Assembly: GCA_000934665.2 (NCBI GenBank)
Contig: KZ538105.1
Location: forward strand, 1-64,000
Reading direction: 5' to 3'
Length of the DNA: 64,000 nucleotides
Source of the DNA: Catajapyx aquilonaris
Lineage: Eukaryota
Part shown: positions 14,515 through 27,922 of the stretch, one piece after another
How the letters are laid out: the number at the start of each line of letters is the position of its first letter
Position numbering within the stretch: position 1 is the first letter of the stretch
Made by a program: the position numbers and the translations under genes
The notes under the pieces: model-generated
What the model was told of the DNA's origin: nothing
The model's input: only the letters and a program-made list of their open reading frames with translations
The model's database searches: none

Positions 14515-16240
14515 CCCATTGGTAGCCATTAACAGGCTTTTATCATCATGTATGGTACATTCCATATGCTCGTACAAAAATAAAATGACTAAATATTAAT
14601 TAAAGTTCATATTTTAATTATACACTAAATATACGTTACTTTAGTATAAATTTGGTACTGATGGATAAATTTGCTATTAAAACGTTAATACCATTAGGGC
14701 ATCATCGATATGCAAATCCTGGCCACGTTAAACACCGTCTTAAAAATGGCAATTGCCTTCATTGCTCTTCAATTACACCTCTTAATTAATCCCCATCCCA
14801 AACTTTGTAACCATCGCTCAGATGACCAAATTAAGCCTAACCTTTTGACCCATCTGGAAAGCACTATAACTCAGTTGCACCAGGTGCAATCGCACATAAA
14901 ACCGCAGCAGGTGTGCAGGAAACGTGCAAAAAAAATCCCCAAAATCTTCAAGTTGCATCAGCGTCTTCCTCACACCTTCCTTTAACTGCCCTAGCAACCT
15001 CCTCCGATTGCTTCGAAAGAATGAAATCTAGTTTCGCACTTGGCAATGCAGTGGCATCCAAAGGGAAGGGTCCCCCCCCCTCCTCCTCCTCCTCCTCTAA
15101 TCTATCGGTGGAAAATGGCGCAATTGCAGGGCTGATTGGGACGTGATCACACTGCGAAAATTCTTTTTATGTGACCATAAATGTTTACGACTCGAAGAAG
15201 GTGTGGGGGTAAGAAGCGCACAGATGCTACGACTTAGACTTTAGACCAGGGGTAATTAGACACCTTTAAAAAATTCCAACTGCCATAAATATCGGAAAGG
15301 TATCGCTGAAGACACTCCGATCAATTTCTTTCATCTGGCAATAAAAGATAAGACATTCTTAATTTATCCGCTACAAATTACGCAAATATTTCACGCCCCA
15401 CACAATTACCAAAAGTCTATAAAAAATAGATCGGGGCCAATGGGTTTCATTTGCACGATTTTTGGGGGCTAATTAGGGAAAATGTTAATTATAAGTGTAA
15501 GTTTGGGAGGGCTTGGTTTTTGCGGAGTCAGGACCCCAGATAGGACCGGTCCATAAATTTTAGGGAGGGGGGTAAAGCAAGAAGAGGGATTTTAAAGAGT
15601 TAAAGTATAAAGAACAACAGAGAAGGGCGGGGTATAAATTTGGCGCCCCCCAGTAATTTGGCCCAAAAATGGACGTACCTCTAGGGACAGAAGCCAATGT
15701 CAATCATGGAGTTTAGTAGGCCTTGGCCGCATTTCCTAAAGCTCTATTCTATAATAGAGCAGTCAGAACCAAACCGCTTCTAATAATAATACGACCTAAT
15801 TCCTGGAAAGCATTTCGGTCCTCATTATGGCAGATGACAGGTGTGTTAATTTAACAATGCCCACCAGCAGTCATGATTTTAGCAAATAATAATTTGGTAG
15901 AAACAGTTCAGGTCAATATTTAGTCAAATATTTAAGATCTAATCGACCGAAAAACTTACGCGGAATTTCGGAGCCTGATTGTTATCCAAAACTACTGGAT
16001 ACTAGATTTTCCTTCAGTACATTGTTGAGTGCGATTGTTTCCTCAAAATATTGCTGAACTCGTTGGTTCAGTAAAAAAAACGTAAGTGCTGACTTTTATA
16101 AGGAAATGTCGTGATGATGATGAGAAAGTGCAAAAACCACTCGAAATAATTTAGAAAGTGACGCACTAGCACCGCCCACTACACGTGTATACGCACTTCT
16201 AGGAATCTGCTCATATATCCCCCCCACCTTTCTCCATATA

Positions 16241-16536
16241 CAGGGTGTTAATCCTAAGCGTGTCACCAGAAAAGGTGGTGGTAGAGGGCGTATGTGTGAG
16301 CATTTTTGCATGAGGAACTAGGGGTCGGAAACGCACCCTCACCGAGTTACACCCCTTTCAAGTGCGGCAACTAGGGGTCGGGAAACGCACCCTCACCGAG
16401 TCACTCCGCCGCGTGCACACTGCCTGCCGCACTAGAAAGGGGCGTAACTCGGTGAGGGTGCGTTTCCGACCCCTAGTTCCTTATGCAAAAATGCTCACAC
16501 CTACGCCCTCTACCACCACTTTTTCTGGTGACCCTC
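16241..16536. mobile_element. Tc1/mariner-type MITE with long TIRs; right end partly deleted; internal duplication
   Basis: TA|CAGGGTGTT...GTCACCAGAAAAGGTGGTGGTAGAGGGCGTA is inverted at TACGCCCTCTACCACCACTTTTCTGGTGACCCTC|TA. AACTAGGGGTCGGAAACGCACCCTCACCGAGT is duplicated internally. Confidence 0.85.
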
Positions 16537-17376
16537 TATAAAATATCCAATGTTCTTCTCCTTCAACCCAAAGAGTCTTTTAATGCGGAACTGACTCTAA
16601 GAATAATTTATTGTCAACCTGAATCAATGAGACCATTCTTTCTTGGCACTTCCAAGAGACGAAGAAAATCCGGAGCATCTTCATTATTCTATCGCTAGAT
16701 GGCGGTAGGATCAGTCTCCATTAGATAATAATTATCCCCCCATAGTTACACGTCGACTTACTTCATTAATTTCTTTCGCACCTTTCCCACCCTTCATTCT
16801 GTTGAAGCTGTAATTTAGGTGTCCTATAGAAGATTCCAAAGGCGTGAGATTCTCAGCAACAAAAAAAGGTTGCACGCTCAACGTGATTTCGAGCCCAATC
16901 CCATTGTAATAAACACCCCTAGCCATCGACAGCCGTAATTGGTAAGGCCGACACACTCATCATAACAGTTGGAAATCTCTGCTTGAAGTCAGCATTGTTG
17001 AGTGTCGCAGTCAGCTTCTCTTATCCTGGAGGCGATTCCATCCATAGCTTTGGGTCTGGCACGATGAAGGAGTGTAAAGAATGAGGCTTAATTAACACTC
17101 GGCAGGACCCAATCCTGGGCCAAATGACAGACTCACGCCGCGTTCTCGATCAAGTGGACAGGGAGGGATGAGATACTATGGTAACGGTGCTGCTGAAGGA
17201 GAAAGAAGAAGAAGCTTCTGACTCGAAACTGACTGTAAAAGACTGTCGAATAGTGTGTGGCCAATAATGATTAAAAGAAAAATAGATTGTGAATGATTGT
17301 GATTAGAAAAGAAGTGACTGGGAGTGAATGATCTGACTGTCAGTCACAGAATAGGGTGATAGAATAGTGAGAGTGC

Positions 17377-17909
17377 GCCTTCCTTCGGAGGGGAAGTAAA
17401 GCTGTCGGTCTCATGTGCTTGTGAGGGCTGTGTGATATCCGAAATTACATATCGACTTTCGATACTTAAAAATATTGCATCGAAGTCGATATATCAAAAA
17501 TCGAAAAACCGACATCGAAAACCGACATCGAAGAACATCGAAAACCGAATCGAACCGACATCGAAAAACATCGAAAACCGACATCGAACCGACATCGAAA
17601 AATATCGAATACCGACATCGAACCGACATCGAAAAATATCGAATACCGACATCGAACCGACATCGAAAAATAGCGATATTCGATACATCGAACATGCTAA
17701 GCGTCGGATATCGCAGCATCGATATTAGGAAAATATCGTATTGACAGTCGATATATCGAAATATCGCACAGCCCTACTTGTGATATTGCGCGAGTGCACG
17801 TTAAAGATCCCCAGAGTGGCCAAATTTCCAGGAGGAGGACCACCCCCTGGCAGGCGTCGGTGTTGAGCCTAGCGGTAGAAATTAGGCCGACTTTAAGCGC
17901 CACTGATAA
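17377..17909 (+). mobile_element. SINE copy (central domain plus 3' tail), interrupted by an hAT-like MITE
   Basis: 17787-17909 closely matches 62708-62830. CCTTCGGAGGGGAAGTAAAGC...GTGCACGTTAAAGATCCC resembles, from memory, Meta-domain or tick Ruka-type SINEs. Confidence 0.65.
17424..17776. mobile_element. hAT-like MITE with internal CpG-rich (ACCGACATCGAA) array
   Basis: TIRs AGGGCTGTGTGATAT / ATATCGCACAGCCCTA; CTTGTGA is repeated on both flanks as an imperfect TSD. Confidence 0.8.
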
Positions 17910-19219
17910 AGTGACTGAAATGATCTGACTGTCAGTCACAGATCTGTCAGTCACAGAAAGTGACTTGAATATGGACCAATGAATTCCAGGCACTTTGCTT
18001 TCAATTGTTCAGTACAACCTTACAAAGAAAACTGTCCTCGCAAGTGTTTCCACCCACCAAAAAAGTGTCGCCAACTGTCGCATTTAATTCTAAAAGTTGC
18101 CAAAAGTTGCGTCAGCTGTTCTTTTCTCTGCAAAAAAAAACTCCAAACAAAAACTGTTCAGGATTTTTGTTTCACCTACAGAATTTGCGCCTAGTTTTTT
18201 TAGTGTTTTTGGTGGACCCCAAGTGGAGTGGAATTCCAACGAGTGATGAATGACCCCAAGCAACCATCTTCCCCCATTACCTGAGCCCATACTGACGGAA
18301 AAAGCTCCTCTGCCAATTTGCACTGATGGACCTCCATGGCAGCTAAAGTCACGATTTTTCGCTTTTGGTCATTTAATTGAGCTGCCTCGTTTGGCAAATG
18401 GATCTTGCTAAAGGTGAAGAAAAAAAAATATTTCTCCTCCACTTTTCTGACAAATGGACAACCCCAGGATGGGTTGGTGGATGTGATGGGGGGAATATCG
18501 CAACATCTTCCAAACCCCCACCTACAAAGTGGAGCGGACGCTAATATCTGTCATGTCAAGTTGTCTGCAAAAAGCACCTAACCGCTTCTGTCATTTGTTT
18601 CGAGATTCATTCCTAGCGGACCCCAACTCTAAACAAACGACTGGCGCCGTTCATTTGTCATTCTTGAAGGCTGAATAAAAGGAAAAGGGGGGGTTCTACG
18701 TGTATGCAGCTTTTGTCCCCCCGGTGTTCATAGTAATGGAATTGCAATAGGTTCCTCTCCTTTCCAACCCCCCTGGCTTGACAGTTGGACATTATATTGT
18801 CCCCCCCCTTGCATGCTTGTGGGAATTCGCTGATTAATTGGATGGGTCTTTGCTTGGATTAGCTAAGGCGTGGACAGGCGTAAAATTTGGGGATTGTTTA
18901 GGAAACATTGTATCCAGGGCCAATTGCTTGGATTAACTTATTACTGGGAGATGGCTTTCACTCGACACGTGGCTGTGACAATAATTAGGCGCTTCGATGC
19001 AGATGTCGCTGGGTTTAGTGTAGGCCTGATTGGATGAGAGATGGCCAATAGCTGGAGAAGGGCGGGGCATCAGGAGGGTATCCGGGTTGGCAGGTGTAAA
19101 CAGGCGTGACGGTTGGAAATACATCCGTTTTCATACAATAGGACGTAATTATAATTTTTTGCAGTTTTTTATGGTGCCTTGGTCCGGAAAATGGCTCTCA
19201 GAAATGTTATTTAATAAGT

Positions 19220-19860
19220 GAATGAAATAAATAAAATAAAATAAATAAATAAATAAAAATGTAACAAAAATAAATGAAATTATGAATTTAAATAATGAAA
19301 ATGTAACAAAAATAAATGAAATTATGAATTTAAATAATGAAAATGTAACAAAAATAAATGAAATAATATTACGAATTTAAATAAATGAAAAATAAATAAA
19401 TGAAAAATAAATACACGAAAATGTAACAAAATAAATGAAATTATGAATTTAAATAATGAAAATGTAACAAAAATAAATGAAATTATGAATTTAAATAATG
19501 AAAATGTAACAAAAATAAATGAAATAATATTACGAATTTAAATAAATGAAAAATAAATAAATGAAAAATAAATACATGAAAATGTAACAAAAATAAATGA
19601 AATGATATTATGAATGTAAATAAATGAAAAACAAATACATGAAAAATAAATACATGAAAATGTAACAAAACTAAATGAAATTGTGACTTTAAATAAATGA
19701 AAAATAAATACATGAAAATGTAACAAAAATGAAATTACGAATTTAAATAAATGGAGAATAAGTAAATGAAAATGTAACAAAAATAAATAAAATTGCGAAA
19801 TGAAATAAATGGAAAGTAAATATAAAAAATGAAAAATAAATTATTTAAATAAATAAATAA
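19220..19860. repeat. A-rich minisatellite
   Basis: Repeated GAAAATGTAACAAAAATAAATGAAATTATGAATTTAAATAAT and variants. Confidence 0.92.
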
Positions 19861-21224
19861 AACAACCCCCCCTAAAAGGGTCTAAGGTCCTGTCACGGGG
19901 TAACTTAAATATGAAAAATAAAATAAAATGCATAAAACAAATACAGAAAATACGGTACGCAAAATACTAAATTATTTTTAAATAATGAAACAAAACAATA
20001 AAACACATTTAAATAAATCAAATCAAGCAGAACTAAATAAATGATAGGTGACAAAAGAAATTAAAATATAAAAATAAAGTTAATTTATTATAATTTTCAA
20101 TACAGTTGATTGTTTCATATTTTCACACATAACATTAACATTCAGTGTCTTATTCCGCATTTAACTGTATTATTTTTAAAATAATTAAGCATACCATCCC
20201 GCAAAACGTAATACTGTGCAACTCTTGGCGTATCACGCAAACAATTTAGCAGTTTTGCCAACCGAGCTTTTTAAGCTGCTTTAAAAATTATTAAGACGTT
20301 TCCTCCGGTCTGTCCCGCGCTCGCATGACTAGATAGCTAGATAAATAGAGTCATAATTAGGACAAAAGAGCCGGTTTAGACATTTTCACCACCGAGGAGA
20401 AAGCAGCGCTAAAAAGGGCTGGCTGGAAAAACAGATTCAAACAAATGGAGCCCCAACTGCACGAGTCATTAATAATCATTAGAAATTGCCTTTTCCGTGC
20501 CGGCTCGCATTCAAGTTACTTCTACTTCAATTTAAACGCCAATTGGCTCCGTTCTGAACCCGGGCCCAGAGTAAAAAAACAGGGCCCAACAGTTTATTCC
20601 GCTTTACTCCCCGAAAAAACTGAAAAACCTCAAAAATGTGTGCCTGCACCCAGCGGATCATACGCAGTCAATTTGATGTCATTTCCTCTCTTGTCGCCTG
20701 TAATTCAACAGGCTGGAATGTTTTTACACCAGTCCCACCAATTACACCGAATGAAAAGTTTGGCCCTACCCATCCGGCTGTGGGAAAGGGGGAAAAAAAG
20801 CGTTCAATTTGTGCCATTGTTTTGACCATTTTTTAAAGCGGGATGTTCCCCCCTCTCTTCCTGTCTTGTTGTCAACCAGACCCAAGAGTGAGACATGGCC
20901 GATTTCAAGCCTGTTGTCACGTGTAATTCGGCCATTAGGAAGCCATTCAGTCCGGCTATATATACACCCTAGGTGGGAACAGCTTCATTTTCAGGAATGA
21001 TTGGAATAGTGTTGACAATCCGTCGAACATTTTTTGGGAGGAAAATTTGTAACGAATTTTAGGTCAAACATGTGGAATTCATAAATTTTATGCAGACTTA
21101 ATGAAAAAAAATTTATTAAAAATTCGTGACAAATGTGGATAATTTATGACATCATGGAATTAAGTGGATTAATGGATGATTCGTCAAGTATTTATTGAGA
21201 GGATTCATCAATATTTATGAAATA

Positions 21225-21405
21225 TTATGAATAATTTGTGAAAAATAATATTTATAGATAATTTATGAACAATTTGTGAAAAATAATATTTATCGATATG
21301 TTATGAACAATTTGTGAAAAATAATATTTATAAATAATTTATGAACAATTTGTGAAAAATAATATTTATAGATAATTTCTGAACAATTTATAGACAATTT
21401 ATGAA
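21225..21405. repeat. 38-bp minisatellite (~4.5 copies)
   Basis: TTATGAACAATTTGTGAAAAATAATATTTATAGATAAT starting at 21225, 21263, 21301 and 21339. Confidence 0.92.
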
Positions 21406-23878
21406 GAATCTTAGGTCATTGCTGATGTATAGGGGAATTAATTATATTATTGGAAAATTCACGAAGAATTTATTGAATATTCATAATGGGTACGATTTTT
21501 TTTGACAAAACAGTCAGTCATATGAGAGAATTAATTGTTATTATAAAAATTTATTACAATTTTTGAGTATGTATTTATTTGGTTCTACAAATGATTTGAT
21601 AGAAGGTTTATGTGACCATAAATCCAGATTTTTGAAAATGGGCACACCATTTATAAGTTGTTTACCCCAGTCCTGGTCTCTCTCAAAAAAATGTGACTTC
21701 CAGGCTCGTTAGATAAGGCAAGAAATGACCTATCAGAACCAGAAGAGCTCCAAAAATATTAGAGCACTGCAAGTAAAAAAAAAAAAGTTAGGGGTCCAAA
21801 TAAATTCAATCCTTCCCCAGGTGTCTTCAGGTAAGAAGAGGAATATATACACTATACACATGTACCACACACACAAAAAAAATGAAAAGAAAAACCTCCT
21901 TGGAAGGTCACGCAATCTTAGAGGGCGGAGGACTTGGGCAAGGACGCCCCTCGCCTTTTCACACATTAACGTCGAAACATGCCGCGGTATCCTTTGATGT
22001 ACGTCACGTGACCAAGGCCACATGATAAATCTCACCCCGTAAGGCAAGTTTGCTTGATGCGCCTCCCTCATCTTGCCTTTTCTGGGACTGGCAAAATGAG
22101 GCAACGTTGCCATATTCACAAAAGAATTCGTCAACAATTAGGTAATATGGACCTGGCTAAGCAAGTTTGAGAAATGCTACAAATATTAGCTATTTTTATA
22201 AAAATTGAATATCTCATTATAAAGGTAATATAATAAAAATAGACCCTGTTATCAGCGGTTATCAGTATATCATCAGAGTATATTAATTTTTATACCTGTT
22301 CTTACCACAACATGGAATACATTTTATTTAATTAATGAATTAAATTATTTTATGTAATTGCTCCAGCGAATTCACCCTCGCATGACGCAACCCGAATACC
22401 AAATATGATATCTATAAAAATTTTAAAATAATTTTTGCTCTTTTGGCGGTTTGTTCAAATGACCGTTAAGATCCGTTCCGAATTGGCGGGAAACGCTTCC
22501 CTTAGCTTTTGAATATTCGTGTCTGTGACCAGGACTTTGAGGAGCAGCCGTAGCCAATAATATTGTGAAGCTCTTGAGGTCAGAGTTGCAGGTCCGTGCG
22601 ACTCGGAGAAAAGTGTGAAATTTGACGTGAGTTATCGCCAGGAGACCTCTTTTTCTTCAGGCCTGGGCAAGTCTCTCTAAAGCTCTTGAACTTTATCGTG
22701 GACTTGTCGACCTTGATGGCTGGGGCACCTTTTTCCGTGGAGACATGAGAAATCATTATGTGCGTATCCGAATCATACAACAACAACAAGAAACAACGAA
22801 TGGTATGGGCGTTACTTGGATGGCGTACAGTTTGAGTGGCATGTGCCACTTGCTGGTAATTAAATTTCACGTACAGGTACAGGTGAGGTGTGCAGAACTG
22901 GTGTGATTTGGAACGGGTGGTTGGCCAATAGCGGTACGTGCATGAAACATTTATGGTGTGCGCAGTGTGAACATGAAAATTGAGTTAATATTAGTTAATT
23001 TAAAAAAATATATATACAATTCCTCATAACACGAAAAAGACCATCATAAAAGTTCCACTCCTGACAATAAAACAGCACCAGGAACCCCCCTCTACTACCG
23101 GTACCTGGAAAATATTCTTACCAACAAAACCAGTTCTTTCTTAACCCATTTCCAGCCTGGAATATTTTGTGTGGCAACAAAGGATATAAAAGCCTTAAAA
23201 AGTTTGAGGGATAGAGCTTAGTTTGCCTGAAATCCAGAAAGTGGGGTGCCTTTTTATGTACCCTCTTCCCAACTGAATGAATCATTAGCGTCCTATTGTT
23301 CCAAGAAGACAAAGACTCAGCCAGCAGGTGAAGAAAGCCAGTTCTAGACTCGTTAAAAAAGGAAAAACCGTTAATTCCCCGCCATATTTAGAACACCCTA
23401 GCGCCTCTGACGGTGATGTTTGAACAAGATGGCCGCTCAATCAAACCCACTCAAATTCTAGAGATTTGTTACACGGACCTGATCCCTGAGTTCCCTCCAC
23501 TCTTTTGTGAAGTGACACCACGGGCAAAGCCGAACATTGCAAGTCCATTTCCTTCTGTGGGATTCGAGGGACCGTTTTCCGCATGGAGGACCCGGGACCG
23601 GCAGTGGTCACAAGGGTACTCCAAACCTAATGGATTTCAAGTGGCGACCCCTTTTCTGATAAAGAAGGCAGGTGTCCTGATTCAGAGGCTTCAACACCCT
23701 GCATTGTTGGAAAATGTCGCACACTAGCAGAAAATGTCGCACAGTCCGTACACTGTAGTTCATGTACCGACTTGTAGGTGGTACCAGATATTTTGTGATC
23801 AACAATTGTAGGCAGCCAATCGTTCAAATGTACCGACTTGAAAATGGTACATCAAGATGTACTGACTTGGAGGTGGTA

Positions 23879-24040
23879 CAGTACTGGCCAATAATCGAGG
23901 CAACGACTAGCGACATTTTCCCGAAGCGGCTGAAGAAGGAATCTTGCTCGCCCGGATTGGAGCATGCTTATCATCGATTCCTTCTTCTGCCGCTTCGGGA
24001 AAATGTCACTAGTCGTTGCCTCGATTATTGGCCAGTACTG
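23879..24040. mobile_element. Tc1/mariner-type MITE (162 bp), TA TSD, nested
   Basis: TA|CAGTACTGGCCAATAATCGAGGCAACGACTAG...CTAGTCGTTGCCTCGATTATTGGCCAGTACTG|TA, with ~65-bp near-perfect arms. Confidence 0.92.
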
Positions 24041-24125
24041 TACCACATATTTTGCGATCAACAAATGCCGTCTACAAGTACTGACTTGACGGTACTTGAC
24101 AGTACTTGATGGTACTTGACGGTGC

Positions 24126-24273
24126 GCATATTGGGAAACCCCCAAGTGGTTCCCGCAACCAGCCCTAACCTAATCTAACCTTCCTTGCGGATACAGCCCT
24201 ATTTTCAGCGGATACAATACCTATGAGAGTAGGTGGGCCAGTTGCGGGTACCACCTGGGGTTTGCCTATATGC
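24126..24273. repeat. Central inverted repeat enclosing CCTAACCTAATCTAACC
   Basis: GCATATTGGGAAACCCCAAGTGGTTCCCGCAAC / GTTGCGGGTACCACCTGGGGTTTGCCTATATGC. Confidence 0.75.
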
Positions 24274-27200
24274 TGACTGTGCATGAACCGGTACATCTTG
24301 ATATACCATTTTTAAGTCGGTGCATCTAAACGATTGGCTGTATATAAGCCAGTAGACTACTGTAGACGGTATTTGTTGATCACAAAAATATTTCGTACCA
24401 CCTCCAAGTCGGTACATGAATCAGTACATGAACTATAGTGTACTTGACCAAATTTCGACCCCAGCAATGGTCCAAATTTCGAACAATACAGTATTTGTTG
24501 ATCACAAAATATTTCCTATAGGAAATATTTTGTTCATGTACTGACTCATATACAGACTTGGAGGTGGTATACCACCTCCCAAGTCTGTATAATGAGTCAG
24601 TACATGAACTACAGTGTACTGGACCAAATCTCGTTACACCACTGGCCCATGAATTAGGAGCGAAATCCATGTCATCTCCAACAGCGTGATCTTGTTAAGT
24701 AAACCCCCTCCGTTTGTGTCGGCAATGATATAACATTCAGTCCTTTTGGCCAACATGTGTCAACGTTTCTGACGCAAATGCATTACGAGCGTGGCGACGT
24801 TGAAACCTTGAAATGGAAGCGATCTGGGGGGTCCGGCAGAAGGGCGTACATAAATTACGTAAGGCCTTAGGGAAGTCATGTACACTGAGAAACACTTTTT
24901 TATATATATAAATGTGTTCCATGGAGAAACCCAACCTTCTTTTGATATTTATACCCGAAAATGCTGCCTGTGGGACCCCTGCAATATGCTTCTCATCGCA
25001 TCAACGTTATTGCGACGGCCCTTTTACATATTGTATACGTCCATCTCCTCGCTTCATCTGTTTACATGGTGGGCCCGCAGGTGTACAAAAGTCATTACAG
25101 AAGTGGGATTCAGGTTGGGCCGAAACGCCTTTCGCCGGGATGTATTTTGGATAAGAGTACACTTCAATCAGGTACGGATGGGCAGTATTTATGAGGGACA
25201 AGTAGCGCACTCTAGGTAAGTGAAATAAATTTTTTCTGGACCATTTCGCCCAATAGTAACATCAGACAAAGTACCAAAAGTACCACCTCCATGTTGGTAC
25301 ATGAATCAGTACATGAATTACAGTCCACCTACATAATACTTCTTAGTCATATTTTTCGGCCAAACGTGTTTCGTCCGATTGTTGGTAGGTCCACTGCCTT
25401 ACCTTTTGATTTTCCTTTATTTATTGCAGTACGGGAACAAAATTTTCCACCAGAGCCCTCCAGCGGGGTCCCGTCTACTCATCTGCATATTTCATGCTCA
25501 ATGCAGAGGTGAATAGGTTTATAATGGAAATCAAGGAGGGGAGGGCCAATTTCACCGGAGGGAGGGGTCCTTAAGTGCACCTTATACACCTTGTCGCTGG
25601 GTGAAGAGCGTAAAACGTTTCTATCATATATTAATATACACACCGGGTAATTACGCAGGCCCAATCCTGGATGAGTAATGAGGGTTGGGACTAAATTGAG
25701 CCTTGTAACGAGAGGAATCTGGTTATAATTCAGGTGACAAAAATTTCAGCTAAAAATTTCGTCCAAACATTTTATATGCCCCAATCTTGATGTTTCAGAT
25801 TGTAATATTAATTAAGTTAAAAGCGATCGAATTTTTAGTGCCAATTATTAGTTTATACGCGTAATAATGCACGTTTATTTCAATGTTCACGACGCACTTC
25901 GGAACATTATTTACAAGAACTGATAATTTTAATTTTTAAACATACGGATCAAGTTAAATGGCTAACTGCTTAAGCCAAAATATTGCACAGATTTCCTTCG
26001 CCTAAGTTACACACCTGAAAACATTTCCAACACACTGTTATTAGCCTATTTCATAGCATGCTACAAGCGTCTATTATAGCACACTAGTCTGTGCCAGTAC
26101 CTAGTGATTTAGCTATGAATAAGCTATGATATAATAGCACACTGCAGGCGCAGGTCACGTACCAGCTCTAATTTCGTTGAACCCAAGTTTCGCAGCCAGA
26201 AAAAAGCTTCCTTTTCCCCTCAATAACAAGCCATAGACTAATACTATCAAGTTCCCCCTCCTCGTTCTCTTGTCATCTCTTCTTTTCCTTCCCTTCTTGG
26301 CAGTTTACATCCTTTACTTCCGGAGGGCCCATCAGGCCCACCAACCATTTCCTCCCATCAGAGTCAATTCGGAGGCTGCCATCAAAGACTTCTTTTCTCT
26401 CTATACCTACATACTATGCTTTGAAAGACACTTGTTGACTACAAATACCTTTTAGAGCGGTTGGCCAAGCAGGTAAGGAAACACGTCTGCATCTGTACCG
26501 AATCAGGCTGGTTGGCAATCGAACATGTAGCATCGGAAACGTACGGAGAAGTAACTCGATTTAGGAACGAACAGCCATGGTACTTCCGAAGTTTCTTTCT
26601 TTCCCNNNNNNNNCCCCCCCCACAGTAATGGTATTACTGAACCAGACGGAAGTTCGCCCCATCATATCTCATTATTACATTACAGTGCTCAGCAGGGTAC
26701 GGAAACGCACGCTACACGTGCACAAACATGGCCGTCACCAACCGTCAAATTCAACGGTAAATTTTCCCCAATAATGGCCGCCCAGAAATCCATAAGTAAA
26801 TAATAGATATGCACCCTCCAAGTCTATTGATGCGAATCCTTTTGAAATAGGAAGAAAGAGGGCGGCCTTCTTTGCCTCACTAGCTTCCTATATATATTTT
26901 TTTGCGCTATCTTCAAGAAAGGGGTTATCGAAAATTTATTTCCGCTCCCTTCCAACAATGAAGATCATGTATGACGGACAAAGCATGACAGCAGACAAAC
27001 AAGGGATGAAAAAGGGATTTTATTGATGGCGGTCCAAAACAGATTGGTGGAGAAATGCCCACTGCGGTGCCATTTGACAAATTGCATCAACCCCACCTGG
27101 ACGTCCTGTATACGTATAACAACTGATCGAACTGATGGCCGATACAATAATTTTTATACTCAACGCAGGTGCCCATTGCCGGCACCTTCTGTGTGCACAA

Positions 27201-27705
27201 TTGCCCTGAAGCACCGACAAACACACGGAAGGAAACCAGCTGGTCAGACGTGTTATTACACCGGTACGGTAGCCTCTGCTTGCACCACCAGTGACAACCC
27301 ACCTTATTGCCTCACACAAACGCCCCACAATTTTTTGACTGATAGGCGTGGATATCGGCCTCATTATTTGGTCGTAACACCCGCTGATATGTGTCTATAA
27401 AAATGGATTCACGGCCCTTTAATGTACTTGAAGTGGCGTACTTCACGTCATGATTTACCGCAATGTGAATTGCTAATAAAAATGGCGATCAATCCAACGT
27501 ATATCATGTAATATTGTTGCAACCATGCATGAAACCGTCCACATGGCTTACTGCCTGCTGACCATGATGATCGGCCATGGAAGCATACTGGGGGGTCCAA
27601 AACTCGTTACTTACACGCCGCTATTATGGCTTTTTAAAAAAACGAAAATTTCCAGTTTCTATACAGCACCTGTACTTCAATCACTCCAGCTGTAAAATTC
27701 GCTTA

Positions 27706-27922
27706 AAATTTCTATTGGTTTCTGTACACTGTTATAGTGGAAGTACAGTAACTAATAAAAATTTTATGTCATTTGATTTGCCTGTACAATTCGTGTACAT
27801 TTGTAATCTTTTGGTTTCTGTACTTCCATAATAATAATTATTATAATAATCAACAATTATTGTGGAAGTACAGAGACCAATAAAAATTAATATAAGTGAA
27901 TTGTACAGGCAAATCAAATGAT
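27706..27922. repeat. AT-rich adjacent inverted repeats (degenerate MITE)
   Basis: TCATTTGATTTGCCTGTACAATTC (27769) / GAATTGTACAGGCAAATCAAATGA (to 27922), plus GGTTTCTGTAC / GGAAGTACAG modules. Confidence 0.8.

Larger units (their letters stand above)
23744..24624. mobile_element. Composite fold-back element with modular subterminal repeats
   Basis: GTCCGTACACTGTAGTTCATGTAC is inverted at 24600-24624. The modules GTACCGACTTGGAGGTGGTAC and TTTTGTGATCAACAA occur direct on the left and mostly inverted on the right. A further fragment lies at ~25280-25325. Confidence 0.75.

Noticed and set aside
17411..17744. Overlapping repetitive ORFs on both strands
   Set aside because: They are translations of the MITE's internal tandem array. 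The same applies to the ORFs at 19.5, 31.2, 34.9, 38.5, 51.0, 55.1 and 56.1-56.5 kb.
24164..24180. Interstitial telomere
   Set aside because: Only about three imperfect CCTAA units, located inside a repeat element.
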